A stretch of DNA of 64,000 bases from assembly GCA_000002435.2 (NCBI GenBank), contig CM018792.1; one strand, given 5' to 3'. The notes under the pieces were generated by a model. The model saw only the letters and a list, made by a program, of their open reading frames with translations, was not told the origin of the DNA and did no database searches. The stretch's first letter is position 1. Each line of letters opens with the position of its first letter. Shown here one piece after another: positions 56,501 to 64,000 of the stretch. Origin of the DNA: Giardia intestinalis. Lineage: Eukaryota. The translations under genes and the position numbers were made by a program.

Positions 56501-59500
56501 CAGGACGAAGCTATCGCATGCGAGCCACTAACGAGGAGTATGTCTGCTACCTCGCCGTCGCAAATGCATGGAGTCATGCCCACAGATTCTCCACTGCAGA
56601 AGGCTAGTCAATCTAACAATGATGTGGATAATATGGACCCTGTGCAGATTCCTGAGGAGCCTACATCACAGGCTGACCCCCGAGGTGTAACTCAGGATGC
56701 TCTAGAGAGTGCTGTACCGATTACTCAGGATAAGATAGAAAGCTTCTTTGAGGATGAGCTAGAGGCAAAGAGTTCTGCTCCTACCCTGGAAGGCATTTTG
56801 TTCAAGTGCTTCCGTAAAACGCGCGTTCCTCAGGACCTTGTCTTCAAAATGACTGAGCGTCAATTAATTAACAGGGCCTCTGAATTGATAGAGCATGCAA
56901 TTGCTTCATATAAAAGCGCTGTCTCTTCATTGGTACCAAGGCTAAACAACGCCTTGCGTATGTTTTCATTACACTTTGTCAATATGCGCACTGAATGCAT
57001 AAAGGTCTGCAAGTGTACTCATAATCGCCTCATAGAGGAGCTGTGCTCACAGTTCTCCGGTTTCTCTAAGAGCTCTGCTGCAATATGTGCTGCACTAGAG
57101 TCAGGTGGCGGTGAAAGCAGTGCAGAGCTGCGTGAGAAGCTCGAAAGCTATGTTTTCCAATTTAGGACCATGTTGGACAACACAATCCATGACTGGCGGC
57201 ACGGATCGGAGCAGCTTCTTTACGAGAAGATCTATACAGACACTGAGGATGATACGTTTCGTGCACCAATTGAGTTAGTTTCGGAGACGTTTGATACATT
57301 TGCTACGACACTGGATCCAGGCATAAAGCAGTTGCAGAACATACCATCTAGTTTCTTCTATTACGATATCCATACAAAGTACAAGTTTATGCGGCCCATG
57401 GGTGCTTTGTTTAACATTTATCGCCGCCTGTCAGAGAACTATGATGATACCCTCAGAGAGGCAGAAGCCCTATGTCAAGACTTTGGATCACTTATCAATA
57501 AGGCTTTCAATCAGCAGATTGTCGCATATATAATGGAACAAAGGACTGAACCAATTGCTGAACTTTCCAGCTACACAGAGATGTTGTCAAACCTCATCTT
57601 TAATATGTTCAAGGACCTGGTCTATGCCTCTGTAGAGTTATTTGGGATGGCCTTCTATGCTCTCACTAATATTATCCACTTAGTCGCGCCGACGAATCCG
57701 TCACGTCAGCGGTCTGCAAGGTCGAAGATCTACAATATCAAGACATTCATTAAGACAGACATGGACTATACAGTCATCAGAGACGAGCGATACAACCTAG
57801 ACACGTACTTCGAAGACTTTTACTACGGTCTTATTTCCAACCTTAACTATAAGAATCTATTTGATGTTGCCTCTCTGCAATCTGCGCACATCTTACTGGT
57901 CTCCAAAAATGAGATTGCAGATCTGATTCAGATCATGCTGAAAAACTTTCACGTTTTCCTGAACACCTTCATTAAGCCAAATGGGGATGCAATGATGAAC
58001 ACGCTCCTTCACGCTTTCTCAGATGCAAGGACTCGCTGCGACAACGTAATATGCGACCAATATCTTTCTACGCTCAGCAGTGTCAGGTCTATTTTGGCAG
58101 ACTTGTTGGAGAAGAATAGCGACATTCCTGCACTATTAAGACAGCTTCCGCAAACAGCCCTGACTGAGTTGGGGTCTCAAACGCTGCAACACGAGCTAAT
58201 TCTCTTGGAAACACTGAAGCCTCTTCTGAGTCGAAGCAATCCTCAAGCAGAGGCAACACTCTTTATGACTGCTGACCAAAGACCTTTGGGCTACTATCAG
58301 CACTACATAGATGGTGTTGGGCCATTTTCTAGCTGCTCTGCCATGGTATTGCGAGTCGATGAATTTTGCACCAAGCTTAAGACATGTAAGCCATCTCCAT
58401 TTATTGTAGAATTTGGCGAGGACTGCACAGATCTTCTGCCACTTATCTCCGTCCCGGAAGACTTTGACAACGAGTCCCTGGTTGCAGCTCGTGAACAGCT
58501 TTCTGTGTTGATAAAGCGGGCATCAAGCGCCGTATCTTGGAATGCAGTATTCTCGAGACGTGCACTCGAGTGCCTGTCAGACGAGCGGAAAAGGTATAAT
58601 GAGCTTGTAGAGGCGGCTGCATCTACTGCCAAAGGTAAAAAGCCAGCAGACATTCCTGAAACCGTCCCTTCTAATGATTATTATATCATGTGGCCTGTAT
58701 TTATAGTGCGCAACAGCTTTATCCCACTAGATATGGAGGAGTTCTGTACTATGGTGAGCCTCATTTATGGCACGCTTGGCATTGAGAGAGATAGTATTTG
58801 CACTCTTTTACCGCCAGTTCCAGTGGTTACAGAACAGAGTACGCCTCCCTCAACCAAGCAAGAAAAAGGGAGCCGGGCTCCCTCTCCCATCAAGGAGATG
58901 TTACCAGACCCAGCGTCTGCTCCCAAGGAAGCTGAGCCTGCAGAACCACCTGTGCTATTCAAAGACACTCGAGAATATACACTTCTTCATGAAGCCTTTT
59001 CAAGTATTTTCACTCGTGGTCCCTATAAGTCTCTTCCATCTGGGCCGGTGGCTGAAAAGCTGGCTTTGAATACCAATCTAAGCCTCGATGAGTATAATAA
59101 GCTGTTCAGAATGAGCTTCATTAACATGTTCGCCAATATATTGGTTACGCCTTCTCGTGTATTGGAATTTATTATCCAAATGCTTCTTTGCTTCTGCTAT
59201 ACGGATGAACTCGCAGACGACTCTGTATCGGAGGAACCTCCAGCCTCCCCTTCTCGTATTACACAATCACTAGCATCGACCAGATCAACTGCTGCAGGAA
59301 AAACTCGAGATGCTACTCCAGACACCGGCAAGAGAGACACTCCGAAGGATCCAGTGGCCTCATGCCAGCGGACGTTTTCTCCAGACGTTTCGAATCGCGT
59401 GTTCTATCTCTTTGGGCTTTCATCACTGCATCACGACAACATTAAGACGGGGAGATACAAATACTACCGTAATATTAAGCACATCTGCTCACTAGGCCTG

Positions 59501-59698
59501 CATGACGTGACTGAGGAGTCCATCTTTTCAGTGTTTGCTGCCTTTGATTATACTATGGCCTTGCAAAAGCTTCGCTCCGAGGTATTGCAAAAGCTTTCAG
59601 AGGAAGTGGAAGAGCTGGTAGAAAGAGCACGGTCAGATGCCGCTTCTACTCAAAAGGAGAAGGGACAGAAACAAGCATTCTCTCGTGCTAAGAAATAG
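53573..59698 (+). CDS. Giant hypothetical coiled-coil protein (~2041 aa)
   Basis: The ORF-track start at 53534 is a GTG. The ATG at 53573 (MKQNPKQQ) follows AT-rich aaattcaaaaattATG. The N-terminal third is charged and coiled-coil-like (Q/R/E/A-rich). Confidence 0.6.
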   Translation: MKQNPKQQTASAPFQGSNSCSSATLSHKSATEARKMLANERLSLGQAQVDAGTRAAVKVRTSENRNQIRQAQEARAAMTARIDAMAAQDRERRRLALQEDMRLEASLNVRHQEIRARLNQRIAHASTVDIANFIERQQGHKQTVNTADISSQDLAHTIKSRAAARREEREKELLEKKQEKARNIAFIANSKAASPSSSRPQSSGMSATASSADKSVARLTLEHLERQNSDPNSAYDKQLMRRFDDLEESSDVGLPEVDVLHRDESDQAAAESSYADHRNRATNVVDDIMYLTTRYQMEREDKTAPAEATLHQIKYKEYAQVNKKIVWANCARDVDDLISLALELATSGPQLSAADRTRLTNAFLYCEYAPDQEYKDRIARIRELLFHECELYKNDIPCDPSDIELMQLIDSMSANIFNEASIGFTKPNDLSLDSTRSTQFVNDAILSIPPCYRNADASDASTDDESTTENQVMEQSGGGYEGSEEAPQASDKGGTQKLTFLNTIESVIRRLKCTDYYLHSRDTPFLFSSLQISIPTSSGPKIVSGHDLPLFTLFSYNPTHVSADMAESLAASAADYLGATLLSYTSFVSNFADYKKEFTSYATVLQKLAEAERQIKSWKKENNDPIRLTLELADQYACICDYKDADRILKLLNTPYKTEEPPDPYIFTLMYMRAYYLLKTHYSMRIVNSPIIDSVGTNLILSVNILAPEELANTPELRPSSHVSVTTNGSPLRSEVHFSAASVPASAASKRAAGFTSLLNSSYLFVVPLKAATVITDLETAFQPMNTLRHQIYTTINDAVVPQLPQNPPKGALISSVFDSIIFITCSDDCVIKPGEDASVKKRDPKKDPPPPLNLDGLSPWQWSKFSTISSELVEDPDYSKLASAYSAARGYLQLLTDTVETSGNTQAAPQVSETSAIHTSRTQTSRTKEGKPDSRGPKPDPASPVRCIPVLKSSSDMLIADLQRCYGDYLQAPCAQDEAIACEPLTRSMSATSPSQMHGVMPTDSPLQKASQSNNDVDNMDPVQIPEEPTSQADPRGVTQDALESAVPITQDKIESFFEDELEAKSSAPTLEGILFKCFRKTRVPQDLVFKMTERQLINRASELIEHAIASYKSAVSSLVPRLNNALRMFSLHFVNMRTECIKVCKCTHNRLIEELCSQFSGFSKSSAAICAALESGGGESSAELREKLESYVFQFRTMLDNTIHDWRHGSEQLLYEKIYTDTEDDTFRAPIELVSETFDTFATTLDPGIKQLQNIPSSFFYYDIHTKYKFMRPMGALFNIYRRLSENYDDTLREAEALCQDFGSLINKAFNQQIVAYIMEQRTEPIAELSSYTEMLSNLIFNMFKDLVYASVELFGMAFYALTNIIHLVAPTNPSRQRSARSKIYNIKTFIKTDMDYTVIRDERYNLDTYFEDFYYGLISNLNYKNLFDVASLQSAHILLVSKNEIADLIQIMLKNFHVFLNTFIKPNGDAMMNTLLHAFSDARTRCDNVICDQYLSTLSSVRSILADLLEKNSDIPALLRQLPQTALTELGSQTLQHELILLETLKPLLSRSNPQAEATLFMTADQRPLGYYQHYIDGVGPFSSCSAMVLRVDEFCTKLKTCKPSPFIVEFGEDCTDLLPLISVPEDFDNESLVAAREQLSVLIKRASSAVSWNAVFSRRALECLSDERKRYNELVEAAASTAKGKKPADIPETVPSNDYYIMWPVFIVRNSFIPLDMEEFCTMVSLIYGTLGIERDSICTLLPPVPVVTEQSTPPSTKQEKGSRAPSPIKEMLPDPASAPKEAEPAEPPVLFKDTREYTLLHEAFSSIFTRGPYKSLPSGPVAEKLALNTNLSLDEYNKLFRMSFINMFANILVTPSRVLEFIIQMLLCFCYTDELADDSVSEEPPASPSRITQSLASTRSTAAGKTRDATPDTGKRDTPKDPVASCQRTFSPDVSNRVFYLFGLSSLHHDNIKTGRYKYYRNIKHICSLGLHDVTEESIFSVFAAFDYTMALQKLRSEVLQKLSEEVEELVERARSDAASTQKEKGQKQAFSRAKK

Positions 59699-59730
59699 AA
59701 TTTACACCCCTCTTAATAAGAAAAATGAGG

Positions 59731-61911
59731 TTAATATTTAAGTTTTGCGTATCTGAATGGCCTAGAAAACGGCGGCAGAAAGGGCGGGGACCTTGCCGTC
59801 TTTATGAGTTGCAATAGGAATCTATCTTCTTTAGAGATGGGAACATCAAAGTCGTGGAATCCACGGAAGATCTGCATAGCTTTTCTAGCACCGGCTTCCT
59901 CGAGCCAGTTACCGTCTCTTTTAACTGGATCTGTCAAGCAAGAAAGAACAATCTTAATCACTTCCACAGGCAGTATTGGAGGGAACGTAGACCCAGGAAT
60001 TGTCAGGCCTAGCTCTTCTAAAGAGTAGCTATCGTTGTCAAATGGAATGTGAAGAAGCTTCCCGTGGAGCTCGTGAGGAAACGCGCCTATGACAGCAGGA
60101 GTAGTAAGAGTCATAGTGTCCGTGAGGAGAACCAGCGCCTCTACGAGATCGTCAGTTGGAATGGAATCCGGTACGGGGATTTTCTCTGCGGTTTCAATAA
60201 TACGCTGTTTCAATCGAGTATTGCTATTTTTGTCCTGGTGGATCCGAGTCCCAATAGTTGCACCAATCAGATGTGGCACTACAACTCCACCTTTTTCTGG
60301 GACAGCCACTAGACACTGCTCAGGATCCTCGATAACTTGAGATAGTAGATTCATCTTCATCTCCTCGTTATTCTTGATTATGGTACAGATATCAATAGAG
60401 TCTTCTTCCGGTGCTTCGAAAAAAGAAGACGGCCCATCAGACAAAAGAGGCTGGTTGACCATGGCTGAGTGTTGAGAGCAAGTGAATTTCTTAACAAAAA
60501 CAAGTGGTTCTGAGGGAGCGAGGTTGTACTTAGCCTTTGGGGTAGCGTCCTCTTTCAGAACCTCCTTGTCAAGTGACGATAGCTCTTCGGTTTTATCATA
60601 GAGCCCATAAAAGACAGCATAAGCTCCCAAATTCTTCTCTGCGTAATTTGGGACAGAGAAAAGAGTGAAGACCCCAGGATATTCAACCTGCCAACCCTCG
60701 TCGACACACGAGTGAGACCGTATTATATATTTTAGTTCTGAAGTACGCAAAAAGCGCTGTGCTGCTACTGCTCCAAAAATAACAGATGTACCTCTGAGAT
60801 AATTGAAGGAAAACTCGGGGTCCTCTGTGCTAGGATCAGCCCATAAGATATCTGAAAGGGGATCAAAGTAGGTATAGTCTGTGAAATCTGCTTGGTCTGG
60901 TTCACGGAAGCGATTTAGCTTGACCATGTCCTGAAGGGTGAAGTCCGGCCATGCTGAGATCCCTCCGTGGACAACCAAATACCTATCGTTGATCACTGCA
61001 CAAAGAGGGAGTGCCTGAAAGGCTTTATTCATCATGGCAAGAAGGAGCTTGCACTCCTCCTCGCCAAGAGCTTTTCCGTATTTCTTCTCTATCTCAGCAG
61101 GTAGCGAATAGTTACTATTGACGCTCTCGGTTTCATGATTTCCTCTCAGTAGATGCACAGCATCTGGTCTGGCTATCTTTATTGCTAATAGAACAATGAA
61201 TATCTCGATGGAAAACGATCCTCTATCAACGTAATCTCCGTTAAATAGATAGACAATCTCGTTATCAGTAGGAAATCCCTCTGTAGCCAAGATTTTTCCT
61301 ATGACCTCAAACGTTCCATGAGTGTCACCGACGACTACCAGCCTCTTGCATGGCACAACAACGCTGCTACATCCCATATCGATTGGACCCAGATCCTCCA
61401 ATGCACTGGGGGAAATATTTTGAATTTCTGAGAGATTGGTACACTTTTTAAGAATATTCTTGGAATACTCAGCAGGCAACTTCTTCTTGAACGATTTGAG
61501 TTCTGTAGGAGGGACTGTTAGTTCCAGAACGTTGGGGCAGGACGCCAGCACGCGGGTACCAAGAGCTAGGACGTCCTTGACAAACGAAATAGGAAGGATC
61601 TCCCTGAGATCGACCGTTTCCTGAATACCTCCCCCCACCTTCTTTGTGACAAAAGTCTTTTGGATGTCCCCTGCGATACCATTGAACCAATCCTCGGTTA
61701 TCTTATACGCAAAGCTTCGAATTTCTTTCTCCGTGGGAGGAGAATTCTGCTGCTTGGGGCTGCTGAAGAAGAGCTTCTTCCTGCGCTCCAAATCCGTCCG
61801 TGGTAGTGGCGAATTCGTGTAGCTTGTGAATGATGTCATGGACGAGAGATCCACAGTTCCTGTGCGTCTAGTTTTGCCAGAATCTCTATGCGATCGGCCC
61901 TTTCTACCCAT
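59731..61911 (-). CDS. PPP-family serine/threonine protein phosphatase with long N- and C-terminal extensions
   Basis: Metallophosphoesterase motifs VVGDTHG, GDYVDRG, LRGNHE and HGG. The ORF-track start at 61923 is a TTG. The ATG at 61911 (MGRKGRSH) has an AT-rich upstream. Confidence 0.8.
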   Translation of the reverse strand: MGRKGRSHRDSGKTRRTGTVDLSSMTSFTSYTNSPLPRTDLERRKKLFFSSPKQQNSPPTEKEIRSFAYKITEDWFNGIAGDIQKTFVTKKVGGGIQETVDLREILPISFVKDVLALGTRVLASCPNVLELTVPPTELKSFKKKLPAEYSKNILKKCTNLSEIQNISPSALEDLGPIDMGCSSVVVPCKRLVVVGDTHGTFEVIGKILATEGFPTDNEIVYLFNGDYVDRGSFSIEIFIVLLAIKIARPDAVHLLRGNHETESVNSNYSLPAEIEKKYGKALGEEECKLLLAMMNKAFQALPLCAVINDRYLVVHGGISAWPDFTLQDMVKLNRFREPDQADFTDYTYFDPLSDILWADPSTEDPEFSFNYLRGTSVIFGAVAAQRFLRTSELKYIIRSHSCVDEGWQVEYPGVFTLFSVPNYAEKNLGAYAVFYGLYDKTEELSSLDKEVLKEDATPKAKYNLAPSEPLVFVKKFTCSQHSAMVNQPLLSDGPSSFFEAPEEDSIDICTIIKNNEEMKMNLLSQVIEDPEQCLVAVPEKGGVVVPHLIGATIGTRIHQDKNSNTRLKQRIIETAEKIPVPDSIPTDDLVEALVLLTDTMTLTTPAVIGAFPHELHGKLLHIPFDNDSYSLEELGLTIPGSTFPPILPVEVIKIVLSCLTDPVKRDGNWLEEAGARKAMQIFRGFHDFDVPISKEDRFLLQLIKTARSPPFLPPFSRPFRYAKLKY

Positions 61912-62430
61912 CTCAAAATGCAATTATTATTCTCAAAGTTTGCAAGAGCTGTGAAAATTTGTGGTTCCACGCTTGCCACACGTTTCAGAAGGCGGTAGCA
62001 TCCAGCCATGCTGAGGTCGCAGGCGCGTTGGCCACGTACCTTACAGAAGAAGGCCTAGTTTTATTCTTGGACGTTCTCCCTGAAGGTACTTGGCTAATAT
62101 TTCTCTGCTGCACTTCGCGGTGAAACATTCAACTTTTACACTGCTCTGCCCACACTTTCTAGTGTGAGAGAGTACTTTTGTGTACTAAACTAATCCTATT
62201 AGCTGCACCCGGCCCGTCGTCTGAGCCCGGTGTAATCCCTTGTACCCAGTCCTACGGCTTCTACCTTCTGTCATCCACCTACGGAGGTCCTGCTCACCGG
62301 TGCCCATGGGTCCACTCCACACCAACGAGCACGCGAGCTATCAATGTATGTCATCGATTCAAAGTCCGGTATGTTACAAGTCCCGGTAGCGGTCTTTACT
62401 TCCTGGACACAGGCACACATCAATCGGCTA

Positions 62431-63660
62431 ATGTTCGAGAAAATTCTCCTCGGAATCGCTATCTTGCAGATGGCGCGGGCATCCACGTGTCAAGCACAAA
62501 GCGGCGGCGATCCTGGAACTTGTGAGAAATGTGATGCTCTTATTGGCCAAACGAAGTATTGTTCTAAGTGCAACGGAGCAAACTACGCCCCCGTGAACGG
62601 TGCTTGTGAGGACGTGGAGACGCAGGAGGATAAAAAAGCTCTTTGCAAAGCACACGCCAGCGGGGCTTGTACAACGTGCGGAGGCGCCTCCTTCATGTAC
62701 AAGGACGGCTGTTATTCAAAGGACACTGAACCAGGACAGAGCATGTGCACGCAAGCCTCTGAGGGAAAATGCACCGAGGCGGCCCCGGGGTACTTTGCTC
62801 CGGTGGGAGCGGCGAACACTGAACAATCTGTGGTCGCATGTGGCGATACAACTGGAGTAACAATAGCAGCTGGCGGAAACACATACAAGGGCATTGCTGA
62901 CTGCGCAGAGTGCGGCGCCCCTGACGCAACAGCCGGCGCTGAGGCCGGCAAGGTTGCAACGTGTACCAAGTGTGGAGTCAGTAAGTATCTCAAGGATAAT
63001 ACGTGCGTAGATAAAGCCCAGTGCGATTCTGGTAACACCAACAAGCTCGTTGCCGTTGACGATCCTGAGAATGGCAACAAATGTGTTTCTTGCAGCGATA
63101 ACCTCAATGGTGGCGTTGCCAATTGCGACACCTGTAGCTACGATGAGCAATCTAAGAAGATCAAGTGTACAAAATGCACCGATAACAACTACCTGAAAAC
63201 CACAAGCGAAGGCACGTCGTGCGTACAAAAAGACCAATGCAAAGACGGCTTCTTCCCCAAGGATGACAGCAGTGCAGGAAATAAATGCCTCCCTTGTAAT
63301 GACAGCACCGACGGAATTGCCAATTGCGCCACGTGTGCTCTGGTTAGTGGCCGATCAGGGGCTGCCCTCGTTACGTGCTCCGCCTGCATAGACGGTAAGA
63401 GACCCAACAAGGAAGGCGCAGCATGCTTTGAATGTAACATGGAAGGCTGTGTTTATTGTAGCGGTGCTAATAAGTGCGAGGAGTGCAGCGATGGGTTCAA
63501 ATTAGAGGGTGACAAGTGCGTGTCTTCTGGCAGTGCGGGAGTCAATAAGAGTGGGCTCAGCACAGGGGCCATCGCGGGGATCTCCGTGGCTGTGATCGCT
63601 GTCGTGGCTGGCCTTGTGGGCTTCCTCTGCTGGTGGTTTGTGTGTAGAGGAAAGGCGTGA
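62431..63660 (+). CDS. Complete variant-specific surface protein (VSP) with signal peptide, 409 aa
   Basis: The Inr-like context cTAATGTTc and a signal peptide MFEKILLGIAILQMARA|STCQAQ. CXXC-rich ectodomain, DGCY/GGCY-type motif, TM plus CRGKA tail, then the ATTTAGGTAGTAAAC polyA motif. The ORF-track start at 62344 adds 29 upstream in-frame codons without signal-peptide character. Confidence 0.85.
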   Translation: MFEKILLGIAILQMARASTCQAQSGGDPGTCEKCDALIGQTKYCSKCNGANYAPVNGACEDVETQEDKKALCKAHASGACTTCGGASFMYKDGCYSKDTEPGQSMCTQASEGKCTEAAPGYFAPVGAANTEQSVVACGDTTGVTIAAGGNTYKGIADCAECGAPDATAGAEAGKVATCTKCGVSKYLKDNTCVDKAQCDSGNTNKLVAVDDPENGNKCVSCSDNLNGGVANCDTCSYDEQSKKIKCTKCTDNNYLKTTSEGTSCVQKDQCKDGFFPKDDSSAGNKCLPCNDSTDGIANCATCALVSGRSGAALVTCSACIDGKRPNKEGAACFECNMEGCVYCSGANKCEECSDGFKLEGDKCVSSGSAGVNKSGLSTGAIAGISVAVIAVVAGLVGFLCWWFVCRGKA

Positions 63661-63674
63661 TTTAGGTAGTAAAC
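63660..63674 (+). terminator. VSP extended polyadenylation signal, variant ATTTAGGTAGTAAAC
   Basis: Overlaps the TGA stop of the 62431-63660 VSP. Confidence 0.75.
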
Positions 63675-64000
63675 GCATCAACTGGTGTCACTGAGTCGTC
63701 TTATAGGGTACTTAGATGGCTGCCATCTCCCACGTCAGGATGTCCAACTCTGAAAGTACCAGACACACTCTTTACTAGTCAATGAGAAGTACATTCTCCG
63801 TGTGGTGATCCCGTTTGTTCAAGACAATTGCTACAAGTCACGCCGATAGTTATCGCGATGTTTCTCAGTCCCCTTAGATTGTCGCTGGTGCTGTATGCGC
63901 CGCCATTGCTCTTTCCGTAACTGTCTTTGTACCGCCTGCCGTATATCTACTACCTTCCTCATCCTAGGCTCCTTAGACTTGTCAACTGGATCTGCATCAT

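Noticed and set aside
62344-62430. ORF-track N-terminal extension of the last VSP (MYVIDSKSGMLQVPVAVFTSWTQAHINRL...)
   Set aside because: The extension is not hydrophobic. The downstream ATG at 62431 has the VSP Inr context (TAATGTT) and is followed directly by a signal peptide, so 62431 is the real start.
63661-64000. Possible telomere or subtelomere next to the VSP at the window end
   Set aside because: No TAGGG-type repeats or rDNA are present, and the sequence is unique.

Overview
This window is eukaryotic and almost certainly a diplomonad, Giardia intestinalis/lamblia. The evidence is cysteine-rich CXXC-repeat proteins ending in the invariant transmembrane plus CRGKA tail of Giardia variant-specific surface proteins (VSPs), the VSP-type extended polyadenylation motif ACTTAGGTAGTRAAY right after the stop codons, a pyruvate-phosphate dikinase, an alpha-giardin-like annexin, and compact intronless genes with very short AT-rich promoters directly abutting ATGs. 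The first 9.5 kb is a head-to-tail tandem array of at least six VSP gene units on the + strand. The window opens inside one unit. Units 0-3 are near-identical with an 1834-bp period, and units 4 and 5 are diverged. Short spacers made of a GGTGATARTG minisatellite separate the units. None of the array units has an ATG, an initiator (Inr) or a signal peptide, and unit 3 is a fine-scale mosaic of unit 1/2-like and unit 4-like sequence. This looks like a silent/donor cassette array for antigenic variation and is the main finding. A seventh, complete VSP with an Inr (cTAATGTTc) and a signal peptide sits at 62431-63660. Between them lies a dense block of housekeeping and Giardia-specific genes: IFT88, EXO1, a PCI-domain protein, AARSD1/AlaX, a divergent sirtuin, a Dis3-family RNB exoribonuclease, PPDK, an alpha-giardin-like protein, Nop52/RRP1, a Nus1-like protein, eIF2A, a PP2A B''-type EF-hand subunit, a METTL25-like methyltransferase, a dual-domain E2F/DP factor, a PPP-family phosphatase and several large hypothetical proteins. 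Several ORF-track start positions use GTG/TTG; where an AT-rich promoter plus ATG lies just downstream I give that start instead. No rRNA, tRNA, CRISPR or transposon is evident.
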